From contig JBKHIT010000011.1 of assembly GCA_046538485.1 (NCBI GenBank), positions 32,693-96,692 of the forward strand: DNA of 64,000 nt, in the 5' to 3' direction. The notes under the pieces are model-generated. The model was not told the origin of the DNA. It saw nothing but the letters and a program-made list of their open reading frames with translations, and ran no database searches. A program made the position numbers and the translations under genes. This DNA comes from Candidatus Brocadiia bacterium. Its GTDB lineage: Bacteria; Planctomycetota; Brocadiia; SM23-32. Shown here piece by piece: positions 18,782 through 28,666 of the stretch. How positions within the stretch are numbered: the first letter of the stretch is position 1; each line of letters opens with the position of its first letter.

Positions 18782-20761
18782 ATGGGCCGCGAAACAGAAA
18801 AGCGGGTGCTGAATCGTTTCCCTCGCATGATGCAGGAGTATCTCGTCCGAAAACTGCGGGAAAAATATCGGGCCAACCATGCTCGTCTAATGGGGCTGAA
18901 GACAAAAGCAGAAGCTGAGGCTTATGTCTCTGAAGTGCGCGAGAAGATCGAGCAGGTTTATGGCCCGTGGCCGGAGCGAACGCCGCTCAATATCCGAATT
19001 ACCGGGGAGACTGACCGGGAGGATTATGTTTTTAGAAACATTGTTTTCGAGAGCCGCCCCGATGTCCCTGTCACGGCCAATCTTTACCTCCCACGAGGTT
19101 CGGCCGGTCCACGGCCCGCGGTCCTTTGCCTTTGCGGCCATACTGTAAACGGCAAGACCGGTTACGATACATTTCCCCAGGCCCTGGCGCGCATGGGGTA
19201 CGTAACCCTGATCTTTGATCCATTAGGGCAGGGCGAACGCATCCAGTATCCTGATGACGAGGGCAAATCGCCTTTCGGGCCGGTTCGTGAACACAATATC
19301 ATGGACCGCCAGATGGTGCCGACCGGGGATTGGATTGGCAATTGGTTTGTCTGGGACGGTATGCGCGCGCTGGATGTCCTGCTGGAACAAGAAGGCGTCG
19401 ATTCAACGCGTGTAGGGGTTACGGGCAATTCCGGGGGCGGGACCCAGACGGCTTACGTGACGGCTTGCGATGAGCGGATTACCATGTCGGCACCTTCATG
19501 CTGGGTCTGCAGCTGGTATCACAACGCAGCGCTTAATGAAGAACCCGTTGACGCCGAACAGTGTCCGCCCGGGATCCTGGCCGCGGGCCTTGAGCACAGT
19601 GATCTTTTGATTTCGCGAGCACCGAATCCGGTTATCGTGCTGACCCAGGAGCAGGATTTCTTCGACCAGCGCGGAGCTCTGGAGGCTTTCGAAAGAATCA
19701 AACATGTCTACAAGCTGCTGGGGGCCGAGGAAAAAGCGGTTTATCACGTTGGCCCCGGCGACCACGGCTACCATCTTGATGCCCGCGAGGCGATGTATGC
19801 GTTCTTCAATCGACACGCGGAAGTTGACGTTCCCGGCAAAGAGCCTGACCTTGTTAAAGAAGATGTTGCGACAGTTGAGTGCACGCCAGGTGGCGCTGCA
19901 AATGATTTGGAAGGCGCCCGTTCTGTTCCGTCATTGACCTGTGAACGTTCGCAGGATCTGGCAAAGGGGCGTGGGACACCCGCTGGCGATGATCTCGACC
20001 AGCATATCCGTGGTTTGCTGGATTTGCCAAACCGCAAGGGTCCACCGGATTATCGCATTCTTCGTCCCTGGGATGATCGCGGTTATGCCCGCCCACATTC
20101 GAATCAGTTCGTTTTAGAAACCGATCCGGAATTTGGGGCGCAAGTTGTGGTGACAAAGCTGGAGGACGAATACCGCACGGCCCGCCCGCAACGAGGCGAT
20201 GGTCCCGCGATGCTCTATCTGCCGCATATTTCGTCCGATCAGGAACTTCGGGAAAACGAGGAAATTCGGCAACTGGAGACCGAAAACCCGGCTTTTTTTG
20301 CCTGCGATTACAGGGGTATTGGCGAGTCGCGTCCCGATACCTGTCGCCCTGATTCTTTTTTCAGCTTGTACGGAAGCGATTACCATTACGCATCATGCGC
20401 GAGCATGCTCGGCGATTCATACGTTAGCTGGCGGGTTCACGACATTCTTTGCACGCTGGATTGGATGGCATCTTTCGGCTATGACCGCGTGCATCTTGTG
20501 GGACAGGGGTGGGGAACCATCCCCGGCGCGCTTGTCGGCCTGCTGGATGAACGTGTAAAACGGGTCACGCTGATCCACGCGCCCAAATCCTACACCGAAC
20601 TCGCCGAAGCACCGATGCAAGAATGGCCTTTGTCCTGCATGTTGCCCGGCGTGTTAGAACGGTTTGACCTGCCGGATGTATACAGGAAGCTGGCTCGAAA
20701 GGATTTACGGATGATTGAACCGTGGGGACCCCTCATGAAAAGCACTGGCCCGGAAAGTTAA
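18782..20761 (+). CDS. Two-domain alpha/beta hydrolase, acetylxylan esterase-like
   Basis: FESRP, LCLCGH, DPLGQGER, WDGMRALD, RVGVTGNSGGG nucleophile elbow, GDHGY; second degenerate hydrolase domain. Confidence 0.82.
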   Translation: MGRETEKRVLNRFPRMMQEYLVRKLREKYRANHARLMGLKTKAEAEAYVSEVREKIEQVYGPWPERTPLNIRITGETDREDYVFRNIVFESRPDVPVTANLYLPRGSAGPRPAVLCLCGHTVNGKTGYDTFPQALARMGYVTLIFDPLGQGERIQYPDDEGKSPFGPVREHNIMDRQMVPTGDWIGNWFVWDGMRALDVLLEQEGVDSTRVGVTGNSGGGTQTAYVTACDERITMSAPSCWVCSWYHNAALNEEPVDAEQCPPGILAAGLEHSDLLISRAPNPVIVLTQEQDFFDQRGALEAFERIKHVYKLLGAEEKAVYHVGPGDHGYHLDAREAMYAFFNRHAEVDVPGKEPDLVKEDVATVECTPGGAANDLEGARSVPSLTCERSQDLAKGRGTPAGDDLDQHIRGLLDLPNRKGPPDYRILRPWDDRGYARPHSNQFVLETDPEFGAQVVVTKLEDEYRTARPQRGDGPAMLYLPHISSDQELRENEEIRQLETENPAFFACDYRGIGESRPDTCRPDSFFSLYGSDYHYASCASMLGDSYVSWRVHDILCTLDWMASFGYDRVHLVGQGWGTIPGALVGLLDERVKRVTLIHAPKSYTELAEAPMQEWPLSCMLPGVLERFDLPDVYRKLARKDLRMIEPWGPLMKSTGPES

Positions 20762-20845
20762 ACGATCTTGTGTAAGTAACCTGAGGATATTGTTCGGATT
20801 TCTGATGTTGGAGGCCCCGCAGGGCCTGACAAAGAGGAGTCGAAA

Positions 20846-22507
20846 ATGCACGGAGAACGTACCGGCCGAAAAGAGATTTTTGTCGAAGCTGGAGAACCGA
20901 TCGCCGTCATGGGAGCGGCCACGAAGGATATGTTTCGAGAAGAGGAGGCGCTTGTTATAGGCCCCGATGAATCCTGGGGACATCCTTTGTTCGCTGATTT
21001 AGCTCTCAAGGAGGAAGATTTTCACATCCATGCTCGTTTAACGCTGGACGAGGTGGCCGGGACCAGCGCCTCGTTCCTTATCGGTGGTTTTTATCACTAT
21101 CCCTGCACGCGTCCAGAGGGGAATGAGACGTTCCGGGTCTCGCTGGATGATGAAACGGAAACCTACGATAGAGACAGACTGGGAGCCGATGCGCGGATCC
21201 TCTACGGAATGACGAAACGTCGCGCCCCCTGGGATCAGGCGGACAAGGAAATCGCCGGTAAGACTGCGGATCATATCGAGCCGGGGCAGCCGTTCACACT
21301 CGATCTGTATCAGGAAGAAGGCGAGGCCCGTTTTCAGATCAACGGCAACGAACTCTTCAGAATAGATCTCGGCACAAAAGAAAGAATCTCTGGCTCAAGT
21401 GACGGAGGATGGCCGATATGTTTTGGTTTTCTTCCCGATTGTGCCGTGATAAGGCTCTATGATTTTTGGGCCGAGGGACGTTTCGCGGAGATATCCCTCG
21501 ATCATGCGGATGTATGGTCGATGGGCCACGATGGTTATTTTACGTACCGCATCCCATCGCTTTGCCTGACTCCGAAAGGATCTCTTCTCGCCTTTGCGGA
21601 GGCGCGCCGATCCGATTTCGGCCGGACATGGTCCTGGAACAAAAAATGGAACCCGGATGAAGTTCACTGCGTCATGAAACGGTCCACGGACGGCGGCAGG
21701 ACTTGGTCCGGGCAGAAACTGATCCTGGGGCATGGTTCCAGCTACGAGGTGCGCGATCCCTCTCCTGTTGCCGACCGGGAAACCGGGAATGCGTTCCTGA
21801 TCACGCGAGGACCCTACGTTATGAAATCAGAGGACGATGGTGAGTCGTGGTCAGAGCCCCGTTCACTGAGACCGTTGCTCCCCGATAACCTGAAGACGTT
21901 GAGTCCTGGACCGGGGAACAGTGGGATACAGATTCGCAACGGCCAATACGCGGGACGTTTGATGGTTGCGGTTGCCGGGGATGGAAACGTAGGTGTGATG
22001 TATTCCGACGACCACGGGGTCAACTGGACCCTGGGGGGAATGGTGGAAGGATTCCAGGGATGGGAGCCCCAGATAACAGAACTTACCGGCGACCGCGTCC
22101 TCGTAAATTCCCGCAATCATTCGGACAACCCCGGGCGGCTTATATCGATAAGCGACGATGGGGGGACAAGTTTTGAAAATTACTACGACGAAAACCTTCC
22201 CGCTAAAGGCTGTGAAGCCTCTTTGCTGCGATACAATGGGACCGAAAAATCGGGCTCCGAAACAATCAAGCCGGCTATCTTCTGCGGACCTGACGAAGGG
22301 AGGAGAAAACTCACAGTCAAATTCAGTTTAGATGACTGCAAAACCTGGGAGATCTCGCGTATGGTTTACGGAGGTCATTCAGCGTATTCTGCCATGGCCG
22401 TGCTGCCGGACGGGGAGATCGGGGTGTTATATGAGAAAGACGCATATCGTCGGTTGAGCTTTGCCAGATTCGATCTCGATTGGCTCAGCGATGCCGAGAA
22501 AGAGTAA
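20846..22507 (+). CDS. Sialidase (GH33-like) with N-terminal extra domain
   Basis: YRIPSL, AFAEAR, Asp boxes STDGGRTW, SEDDGESW, SDDHGVNW, SDDGGTSF, SLDDCKTW; EPQ, NSR, SAYSAM, LYEK. Confidence 0.88.
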   Translation: MHGERTGRKEIFVEAGEPIAVMGAATKDMFREEEALVIGPDESWGHPLFADLALKEEDFHIHARLTLDEVAGTSASFLIGGFYHYPCTRPEGNETFRVSLDDETETYDRDRLGADARILYGMTKRRAPWDQADKEIAGKTADHIEPGQPFTLDLYQEEGEARFQINGNELFRIDLGTKERISGSSDGGWPICFGFLPDCAVIRLYDFWAEGRFAEISLDHADVWSMGHDGYFTYRIPSLCLTPKGSLLAFAEARRSDFGRTWSWNKKWNPDEVHCVMKRSTDGGRTWSGQKLILGHGSSYEVRDPSPVADRETGNAFLITRGPYVMKSEDDGESWSEPRSLRPLLPDNLKTLSPGPGNSGIQIRNGQYAGRLMVAVAGDGNVGVMYSDDHGVNWTLGGMVEGFQGWEPQITELTGDRVLVNSRNHSDNPGRLISISDDGGTSFENYYDENLPAKGCEASLLRYNGTEKSGSETIKPAIFCGPDEGRRKLTVKFSLDDCKTWEISRMVYGGHSAYSAMAVLPDGEIGVLYEKDAYRRLSFARFDLDWLSDAEKE

Positions 22508-22518
22508 GCCGATCGCCG

Positions 22519-23457
22519 TTACTTTCTTTTCTCCGGTCTGATATCAAAAACTGCAATTTCGGGTCCGGAGAAGAATCTTACTCGTGGGGCCCTGCCTCCC
22601 TCCATACCGATCCCGCGGTTTACGTACATCGTCGTGGGGCCCACATAATACAGGCCCCTCTCGTATTTTTTCCCGAGTTCGGCCAGGGTAATCAGCGCCC
22701 CATAGAACGGCAGCGCCACCTGTCCTCCATGCGTGTGACCGCAGAGGTACAGATCGACCTTCGGCCCCTTCACGTCTTCCACCACTCCTGGATAATGATG
22801 GAGGAAAACCGTGTAAACGGTTTCATCGAGTTTTTCGACCAGATCTGTCGGATCGTCAGTTTCCAAATTTAGACCGGCCACACAGAACGATTCGCCATCT
22901 TTTTCCAGGACGAGCGATTCTGAGTCAAGTTCGTGGAATCCTGTTTCCTTGAAGAGCTCCGCCGCTGTTCGCATGCCGACATCAATATTGCCCCGCACCG
23001 CGAATTTGCCGAGTTTTGCCTTGAGGCCCGCAAGCGTTTGATGAAACTTCTCAAGGGCATCCGGATGGTTCACGCAATCGCCGGTGAATACGATCAGATC
23101 TGGTTTCAACGGGTTTATCATGCCGGCGAGTTTGGATTCATTTCGCGTCTTGCGATCGCAGTGTAGATCCGAAATCTGCACGATCCGCAGGGATACAGCT
23201 TCCAATTTGTGCGTCTTCAGGTCGATCTCATTTAGCTCAAGCGAATACGGCTCGACGAAATATCCATAGCCGAAGCAAACGAGGCCGACCAGCGCAAGCA
23301 CGTGAATAATGAGCGTGAACGGAGTGAGAAGTTCCGAATCACCTGCTCCTCTCAGCCGCCGTGCCAGCTCACGCAGCAAAAGCAAGGTTTCAACACCGTA
23401 CACGAAAACGACAACAAAAAGAAATACGCCCAGTATCACTCTCTCCGCTGGATTCAT
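22519..23457 (-). CDS. Membrane-anchored metallophosphoesterase (YkuE/YaeI-like)
   Basis: Two N-terminal TM segments; QISDLH, FTGD, RGNID, HHYP, GHTHGGQ, YVNRGIG. Confidence 0.9.
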   Translation of the reverse strand: MNPAERVILGVFLFVVVFVYGVETLLLLRELARRLRGAGDSELLTPFTLIIHVLALVGLVCFGYGYFVEPYSLELNEIDLKTHKLEAVSLRIVQISDLHCDRKTRNESKLAGMINPLKPDLIVFTGDCVNHPDALEKFHQTLAGLKAKLGKFAVRGNIDVGMRTAAELFKETGFHELDSESLVLEKDGESFCVAGLNLETDDPTDLVEKLDETVYTVFLHHYPGVVEDVKGPKVDLYLCGHTHGGQVALPFYGALITLAELGKKYERGLYYVGPTTMYVNRGIGMEGGRAPRVRFFSGPEIAVFDIRPEKRK

Positions 23458-23460
23458 CGG

Positions 23461-24519
23461 TTAAGTCTCGCGTTTCAAATGGATATAATTCCGGGCGATC
23501 CGGAGATCTTCGAGGGCTTCCTCGGAATCGCAGGGTGGATCGGTTTCGCCGCGGCAGACGCGGGTGAAATTGGCGGCCTGCTGCTGCATAGCATGAGTCC
23601 ATGGCAGCTGCGGAATTCGCGTCTCTGGCGGATTGCCACATCCGGGGTCGCGGAAAATAGAGACCTTCCCGGCCCGGTTGCAGGCCAGCGGCGCGGGCAA
23701 ATCGAGACGGATCCAGCCTTTTTCGAAACATACAAGCGCCGATTCCTGCCAGTCGACCGTTGTCACGTACGGGCTCATCTCGATCGTCCCCGCGACCCCG
23801 CTCCCGCTCTGAACGGCCATCAGGACCCCCGACGGTTCCGCGTAGGTTACGTCGTAGGGCTCTCCGAACAGCAGGCGCATCAAATTGACCTGATGGATGT
23901 AGTAATTGACGAACGCAGTGTACTCCTGGAACGTTTCTTCGTTCATATCCGGGGGCGGCGGATCGCGGTCAAGGTCCGGACATTGCTCGTCGGTCTGGAT
24001 CAGATCGTTGAATCCGCTGGCCACCCAATCGCCGGCGGGCATCAGGATGCGCACGTATTTTAAGTCGCCCAGCTCGCCGGTTTCTTTCAGGTTTTCGATC
24101 TCCTCGACGGTTCGGACGGTGGCCGGATCGCTCCGTTTGTGGTAACCCACCATGTGAGTTGCACCGGCCTTTTGTTCGGCTTCTACAATTTGTTCGCCAA
24201 TCTGACAGGAGGCGGCCAGGGGTTTTTCGGTAAAAACAGGGACGTCGGCTTCAAGAAGCTCCAGCACAAGCAACCCATGCCGGTCAAAAGGTTGGGAAGC
24301 GACGATTCCATCGAGATCTTCATTCTCAAGCATATCTTCGTGGTTTGAATAGACATTCGGTATGCCGTAACGTGCTGCGACTTTCTGGGCCAGTTTCGGG
24401 CGGATCTCGGCAAGCGCCACCACTTCACAATCCTGGAGACGATTGTAATTCTTCAGGTGAGCGCACTGGCCCATACTCCCGACGCCAACAAAACCAATTT
24501 GAACGGTTTGATCAGGCAT
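23461..24519 (-). CDS. Gfo/Idh/MocA family oxidoreductase
   Basis: IGFVGVGSMG..AH Rossmann motif, VFTEKPLA, MVGYHKRSDP; start trimmed to 24519 after an AAAGGGA RBS. Confidence 0.9.
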   Translation of the reverse strand: MPDQTVQIGFVGVGSMGQCAHLKNYNRLQDCEVVALAEIRPKLAQKVAARYGIPNVYSNHEDMLENEDLDGIVASQPFDRHGLLVLELLEADVPVFTEKPLAASCQIGEQIVEAEQKAGATHMVGYHKRSDPATVRTVEEIENLKETGELGDLKYVRILMPAGDWVASGFNDLIQTDEQCPDLDRDPPPPDMNEETFQEYTAFVNYYIHQVNLMRLLFGEPYDVTYAEPSGVLMAVQSGSGVAGTIEMSPYVTTVDWQESALVCFEKGWIRLDLPAPLACNRAGKVSIFRDPGCGNPPETRIPQLPWTHAMQQQAANFTRVCRGETDPPCDSEEALEDLRIARNYIHLKRET

Positions 24520-24809
24520 GAAATGTTCCCTTTGCGTTTTATGAGTGCGCAAAATTTGGCCTGTTACATTCTAACGGCAAAATCTTGAAATTCACTGGAG
24601 TTTTTGGAGTTCCAATCCTGCCTCGCCGAGGGGGCTTCTTGTTGGTTATTGGCCGTTTTGAGATCTCCAAGGGGACGGAGATCTCGGGGCAACGAATCCG
24701 TCGCAGCGTTCGACAGCCAGCTTGCGCCCAGACCATCTCGTAGTTTTCAATCCGGAAACCGGGAGTTCACAAAAAAAGCGTGAGACCTCCCCGCCGCAAG
24801 GTGGGAGCT

Positions 24810-24886
24810 TGCTCGCAGAAATGGAAACGCGAGTTCAGCTGAGCTCGCTATCAGCGGGCGAAACTGGGCTTGAGGCGGACAAATCT
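24810..24886 (+). repeat. Dispersed hairpin repeat family 1, copy A
   Basis: CGAGTTCAGCTGAG-stem-loop-CGAAAC..CTTGAGGCGGACAAATCT shared with 37557-37620 and 56213-56286 (minus). Confidence 0.85.
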
Positions 24887-25021
24887 CGGAATATGGACCA
24901 CTAATACAGGTAAGTTCGTTTGCGTGCGGGAAAGGCTGAAGATGGCAGGACGGGCCCGAAGCGGATAACCCTCTTGCAGACTACGATTCCGGTTTTGTTA
25001 TGCGTGAACCGTGAATTTTGT

Positions 25022-26062
25022 TTACGGCTGACCGTTTCCTTCGACCCACGGTGCGTCGCCGCGATACTGTTCCGATTCTTCATCTGTCGAAGGTGGCTCG
25101 GGCGGATTTTTGTTCGGACCGGGGGTTCGCGAATTAGTTCCGTTCGGCGGCGTGTGTGGGGCTGACCGGTTTTCTTGGAAAAATTGCCATTCTCCCCCGA
25201 ACTGGTTCAAAAAACACAGCGAATAGTTTCGGAAAAACACGCTGACCGGGAGAAAAACAACTGAATTTACGTAGGGTAAAGCGGCCAGGCAGCAGGTGAG
25301 GCACATAACAATCGTCGCCAAAAGGGCAAACGCAATTCCAAGGAATAATTTCATCAAATAGAAAAGCGTAAACGCTCCGAGGTTGCCGGGAAGAATGTCC
25401 TGTAAGAATAAGCTGCAGGCTTTTCTTGCCAGAACTTGTTTTTTGTACATAATCGGCACGATGAAATCCTGGAGGATCGCATGAATTATGGCGAATCCAA
25501 ACACCAGCGGCAGGAAGAGAAAGACGATTATTACCAGTGCCACTGTCATCCCGGCTCCAAACTGTTCCGCCTGTATATCGCCATAAGCAAGCGCTAAGGA
25601 ACCAACCATCACGGCTATCCCGACGAGTCCTGCGATTATTGTTATGGCAAACCGAAGGAAAAAGAAGCTATTGGCGGGCACACGAAATTTCTTCCATGGT
25701 TGCACAACGGCTGCTCTATTATGCACAACTCCGTCCAGAAACATAAAATGTCCCCGGCTGCTCAGCCATTGCAGAAGAGCAGTAATCGCCAAGCCAGCAA
25801 TGAGGCCCCCAAGCACGATTGCTACAGCAAGGACGGGATTTCCCTCCAGCCAATCGAGCGCTTGTTCCGGGATATTGCCGGGCCCTTGTCTCTGTCCCCC
25901 CATTTTAAAATTGAAATTGAGATTCATACCGCCCTGGCTCAGGCTTGCCAGGAAGGCACAAAAAGCGAGAATAAGCCATTTCCCGAGGTCGAACCGCTGG
26001 AACAACAGGATGTTCGTTCGCTCAAAGGCGTGTGAAATTGATTTTGTTACGGACAGATACAT
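25022..26062 (-). CDS. Multi-pass membrane protein of unknown function
   Basis: About 6 hydrophobic segments, FDLGKW..LAFCAFLA, WLSSRG.FMFLD, DFIVPIMY, CLTCCLAALPY; Pro-rich C-terminus. Confidence 0.75.
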   Translation of the reverse strand: MYLSVTKSISHAFERTNILLFQRFDLGKWLILAFCAFLASLSQGGMNLNFNFKMGGQRQGPGNIPEQALDWLEGNPVLAVAIVLGGLIAGLAITALLQWLSSRGHFMFLDGVVHNRAAVVQPWKKFRVPANSFFFLRFAITIIAGLVGIAVMVGSLALAYGDIQAEQFGAGMTVALVIIVFLFLPLVFGFAIIHAILQDFIVPIMYKKQVLARKACSLFLQDILPGNLGAFTLFYLMKLFLGIAFALLATIVMCLTCCLAALPYVNSVVFLPVSVFFRNYSLCFLNQFGGEWQFFQENRSAPHTPPNGTNSRTPGPNKNPPEPPSTDEESEQYRGDAPWVEGNGQP

Positions 26063-26252
26063 ATGGTTTTCCGTTCGAGCTTTTTGAAGACCAGCAGGTT
26101 ACACTTTATCCATGACAAAGATTAATTTCCAACAGTAGACAGAACAAGTTAATTTTCGCTCCGTTTTCAGCGAGCCCATTTATTTGACAAATTATTGTTC
26201 ATGTTGCAATTTTAAAAATTATCTTCGGATGATTTACAGGTGAGGAGAGTCC

Positions 26253-27869
26253 ATGGCACGTCCCAACATTCTATTGCTTCACACTGATCAACAACGTTTT
26301 GACACGATCCGAGCCCTGGGGGCTTCGCATATGGAGACTCCCAACCTGGATCGTCTTGTCTCAGAAGGGATCGCTTTCAGGAAGGCTTACAGTTCGGACC
26401 CCGTTTGCATGCCCGCCAGACATGATCTGCTGACCGGTGCCAGCGCACAACATCACGGCTACTGGTGGAACGCCGGGCGACCAATCCAGAACTACGGTCT
26501 TGCGACGCTTCCCCGCATGCTCACCCAATCCGGCTATCAAACGCTCGCTGTGGGGAAAATGCATTTCAAACCCGAACGGGAACATCACGGATTCGGCCAC
26601 ATGTTCCTTATGGAAGAATTGCCGGGGTGCCGCGAGAACGACGCATACCTTGAGTACCTCAAAGAACAGGGCTACGGGCATATTCGATGTCAGCACGGTG
26701 TGCGCCCTTTGTTTTATCATTCGCCGCAGGAATCACGCGTTCCCGAGGAGCATCACGGCTCAGCCTGGGTTGCACATAAAACTATCGAGTTAATTCGTCG
26801 AAAGCGCGATCGGCCATTTTTCCTGATGGCCAGCTGGGTTGGGCCCCATCCACCCTATTACATGCCCCGGCGATATCTTGAGATGTACCGGGATGCAGAG
26901 CTTCCTTCCCCAATCGAAGAAAGCGCGAAATTGCATGCCCCAACAAGTCCCGAAAACCTTCGGGGTAAATCTCTGAAAAGACTCAGAGAAGCATATTTCG
27001 GAGCGATTAGCCTGATCGATACGCATCTCGGCAGAATACTCGACGTCCTGGAACAGACCGGGCAGAGAGAAAACACGCTCATTATTTTCACGTCCGATCA
27101 CGGGGAAATGCTCGGCGATCACGGGTGTTACCAGAAACATGTCCCGTACGAAGGATCGGCCCATATCCCCTTGTTAGTCAGCGGACCGGGTTTTGAAAAA
27201 GGTACCTGCGAGGTCCCCGTAACGACATGGGATACGTCAGCCACAATTCTTCACGCGACGGGGGTTGAGCCTCCTGAAGGGCATCCGATGGTGGGCGTTC
27301 CGCTCCAAAAATGTCAACACGAAGAAGCGGGCAGAACGGTGGTTTTTCATCATTCCACCGGCCGGGACAGGTATCTGGCTGCTGTATCGGGCCGTTTCAA
27401 ATTCATTCACTGGCTGAATGGAGGAGAAGAAGAACTTTACGACCTTGAGTCAGATCCAGAGGAACGAATCAATCTGCTGGCAAAAAAGCCCGATGACAAT
27501 GGTTTTCCCGTCAGTCGGTTGAGAGATGCGTGTGTTCAATTCGAATCCGAACACGGAAATCCGGAAAACGTTGATAACGGTCGTTTTGTGGATCTTTCAT
27601 TCGAATCCCCTCCGGAACATCGGTGCAGCGCGCACCCCGAATGGTCTTTTCGCCAGTTCCCCCAATGGATGGACGGGTATTCGCAAGACGATCTGCGAGC
27701 TATCGCCGAGGAGATGAGCGATTGCCTGAAGAACGAAGGCATTAATCTTTTCAGCGATCCCGAATGGCGGTCGCGGGCCAAAGAAGAATGGACAAAACGC
27801 GGAGGCGATCCGGCGGTGTACGAAGAATTGTTTCAGCAAATTGATCGGAAAAGGACAGGCCGGTCGTAA
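26253..27869 (+). CDS. Sulfatase (S1, Cys-type)
   Basis: RPNILLLHTDQQR, PVCMPARHDLLTG (CxPxR), GKMH, PHPP, FTSDHGEMLGDHG, ELYDL..DP.E..NL. Confidence 0.93.
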   Translation: MARPNILLLHTDQQRFDTIRALGASHMETPNLDRLVSEGIAFRKAYSSDPVCMPARHDLLTGASAQHHGYWWNAGRPIQNYGLATLPRMLTQSGYQTLAVGKMHFKPEREHHGFGHMFLMEELPGCRENDAYLEYLKEQGYGHIRCQHGVRPLFYHSPQESRVPEEHHGSAWVAHKTIELIRRKRDRPFFLMASWVGPHPPYYMPRRYLEMYRDAELPSPIEESAKLHAPTSPENLRGKSLKRLREAYFGAISLIDTHLGRILDVLEQTGQRENTLIIFTSDHGEMLGDHGCYQKHVPYEGSAHIPLLVSGPGFEKGTCEVPVTTWDTSATILHATGVEPPEGHPMVGVPLQKCQHEEAGRTVVFHHSTGRDRYLAAVSGRFKFIHWLNGGEEELYDLESDPEERINLLAKKPDDNGFPVSRLRDACVQFESEHGNPENVDNGRFVDLSFESPPEHRCSAHPEWSFRQFPQWMDGYSQDDLRAIAEEMSDCLKNEGINLFSDPEWRSRAKEEWTKRGGDPAVYEELFQQIDRKRTGRS

Positions 27870-27879
27870 TAATAGGAAA

Positions 27880-28404
27880 TCAAAAGAGTCCAAACGTCAC
27901 CAGAGCGATCATGACCAGTGCGATAAAGACTTTTGTGATACTCCCGATTATCCGTCCGATGAGAGCGCCTTTTGCGACGGTGGCCGATGCTTTTACTGTG
28001 CGTGTACGGTGGTACTCAAGAGCATAGGCCCCGGCGAATGTCCCGACAAAGGCACCCAGAAGCGTTCCAATAAGTGGCAGGACAGCTGATCCCACCACCG
28101 CGCCGATGATGCCCCCCAGCATGGCGCCGATCGAACTCCAGAAACTGCCCTTGGCTTTGCTTGCTCCGAGCATACCGGCAATCGCTTCGATGATTTCGGC
28201 AAGCACCGCCAATCCGAAAAGCGTCAGCACAATCCACCATGGCAGAGCGTCCTTCCCGGCTATAAGGGTGCCCCCGAGCGCCGCAAACGCTATGATGAAT
28301 TGTCCTGGAATACCGAGCGGAATAATAATCATCCCCGCGAGCATCACCAGATAAAACACGATGTAGCCGAAGACAGCACCGGTGGTCTCCAAAATGGCCG
28401 CCAT
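27880..28404 (-). CDS. DUF456-like membrane protein
   Basis: Gly-rich hydrophobic helices (GIPGQF, GA..GGIIGA, P.IG.LLGAF.G.F.GA...EY); ATG at 28404 after a GGAGAGG RBS. Confidence 0.8.
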   Translation of the reverse strand: MAAILETTGAVFGYIVFYLVMLAGMIIIPLGIPGQFIIAFAALGGTLIAGKDALPWWIVLTLFGLAVLAEIIEAIAGMLGASKAKGSFWSSIGAMLGGIIGAVVGSAVLPLIGTLLGAFVGTFAGAYALEYHRTRTVKASATVAKGALIGRIIGSITKVFIALVMIALVTFGLF

Positions 28405-28666
28405 GAATTTGCCCTCTCCTTGAAAACGCCTCGCGCCCACTTCAAAATACTGCAAGGTAACCAGTTAAACTCAGAGAGAGCGTAATCGTATTTACCCTTT
28501 TCGGCAAATCGGTAGAGGCTTCAAACAGCACTCTGACCTTTGCCGGGCGAATTTTACCGCGTTGCTGGCTCCGGATAGCATTCCGAACTCGAGAGAGTCA
28601 CAGCGGCCTGGGTTGTGCCGGACCAGGATAGACGGTCCGGTCTTTGCAGTTCGAAAGGAATATGCC

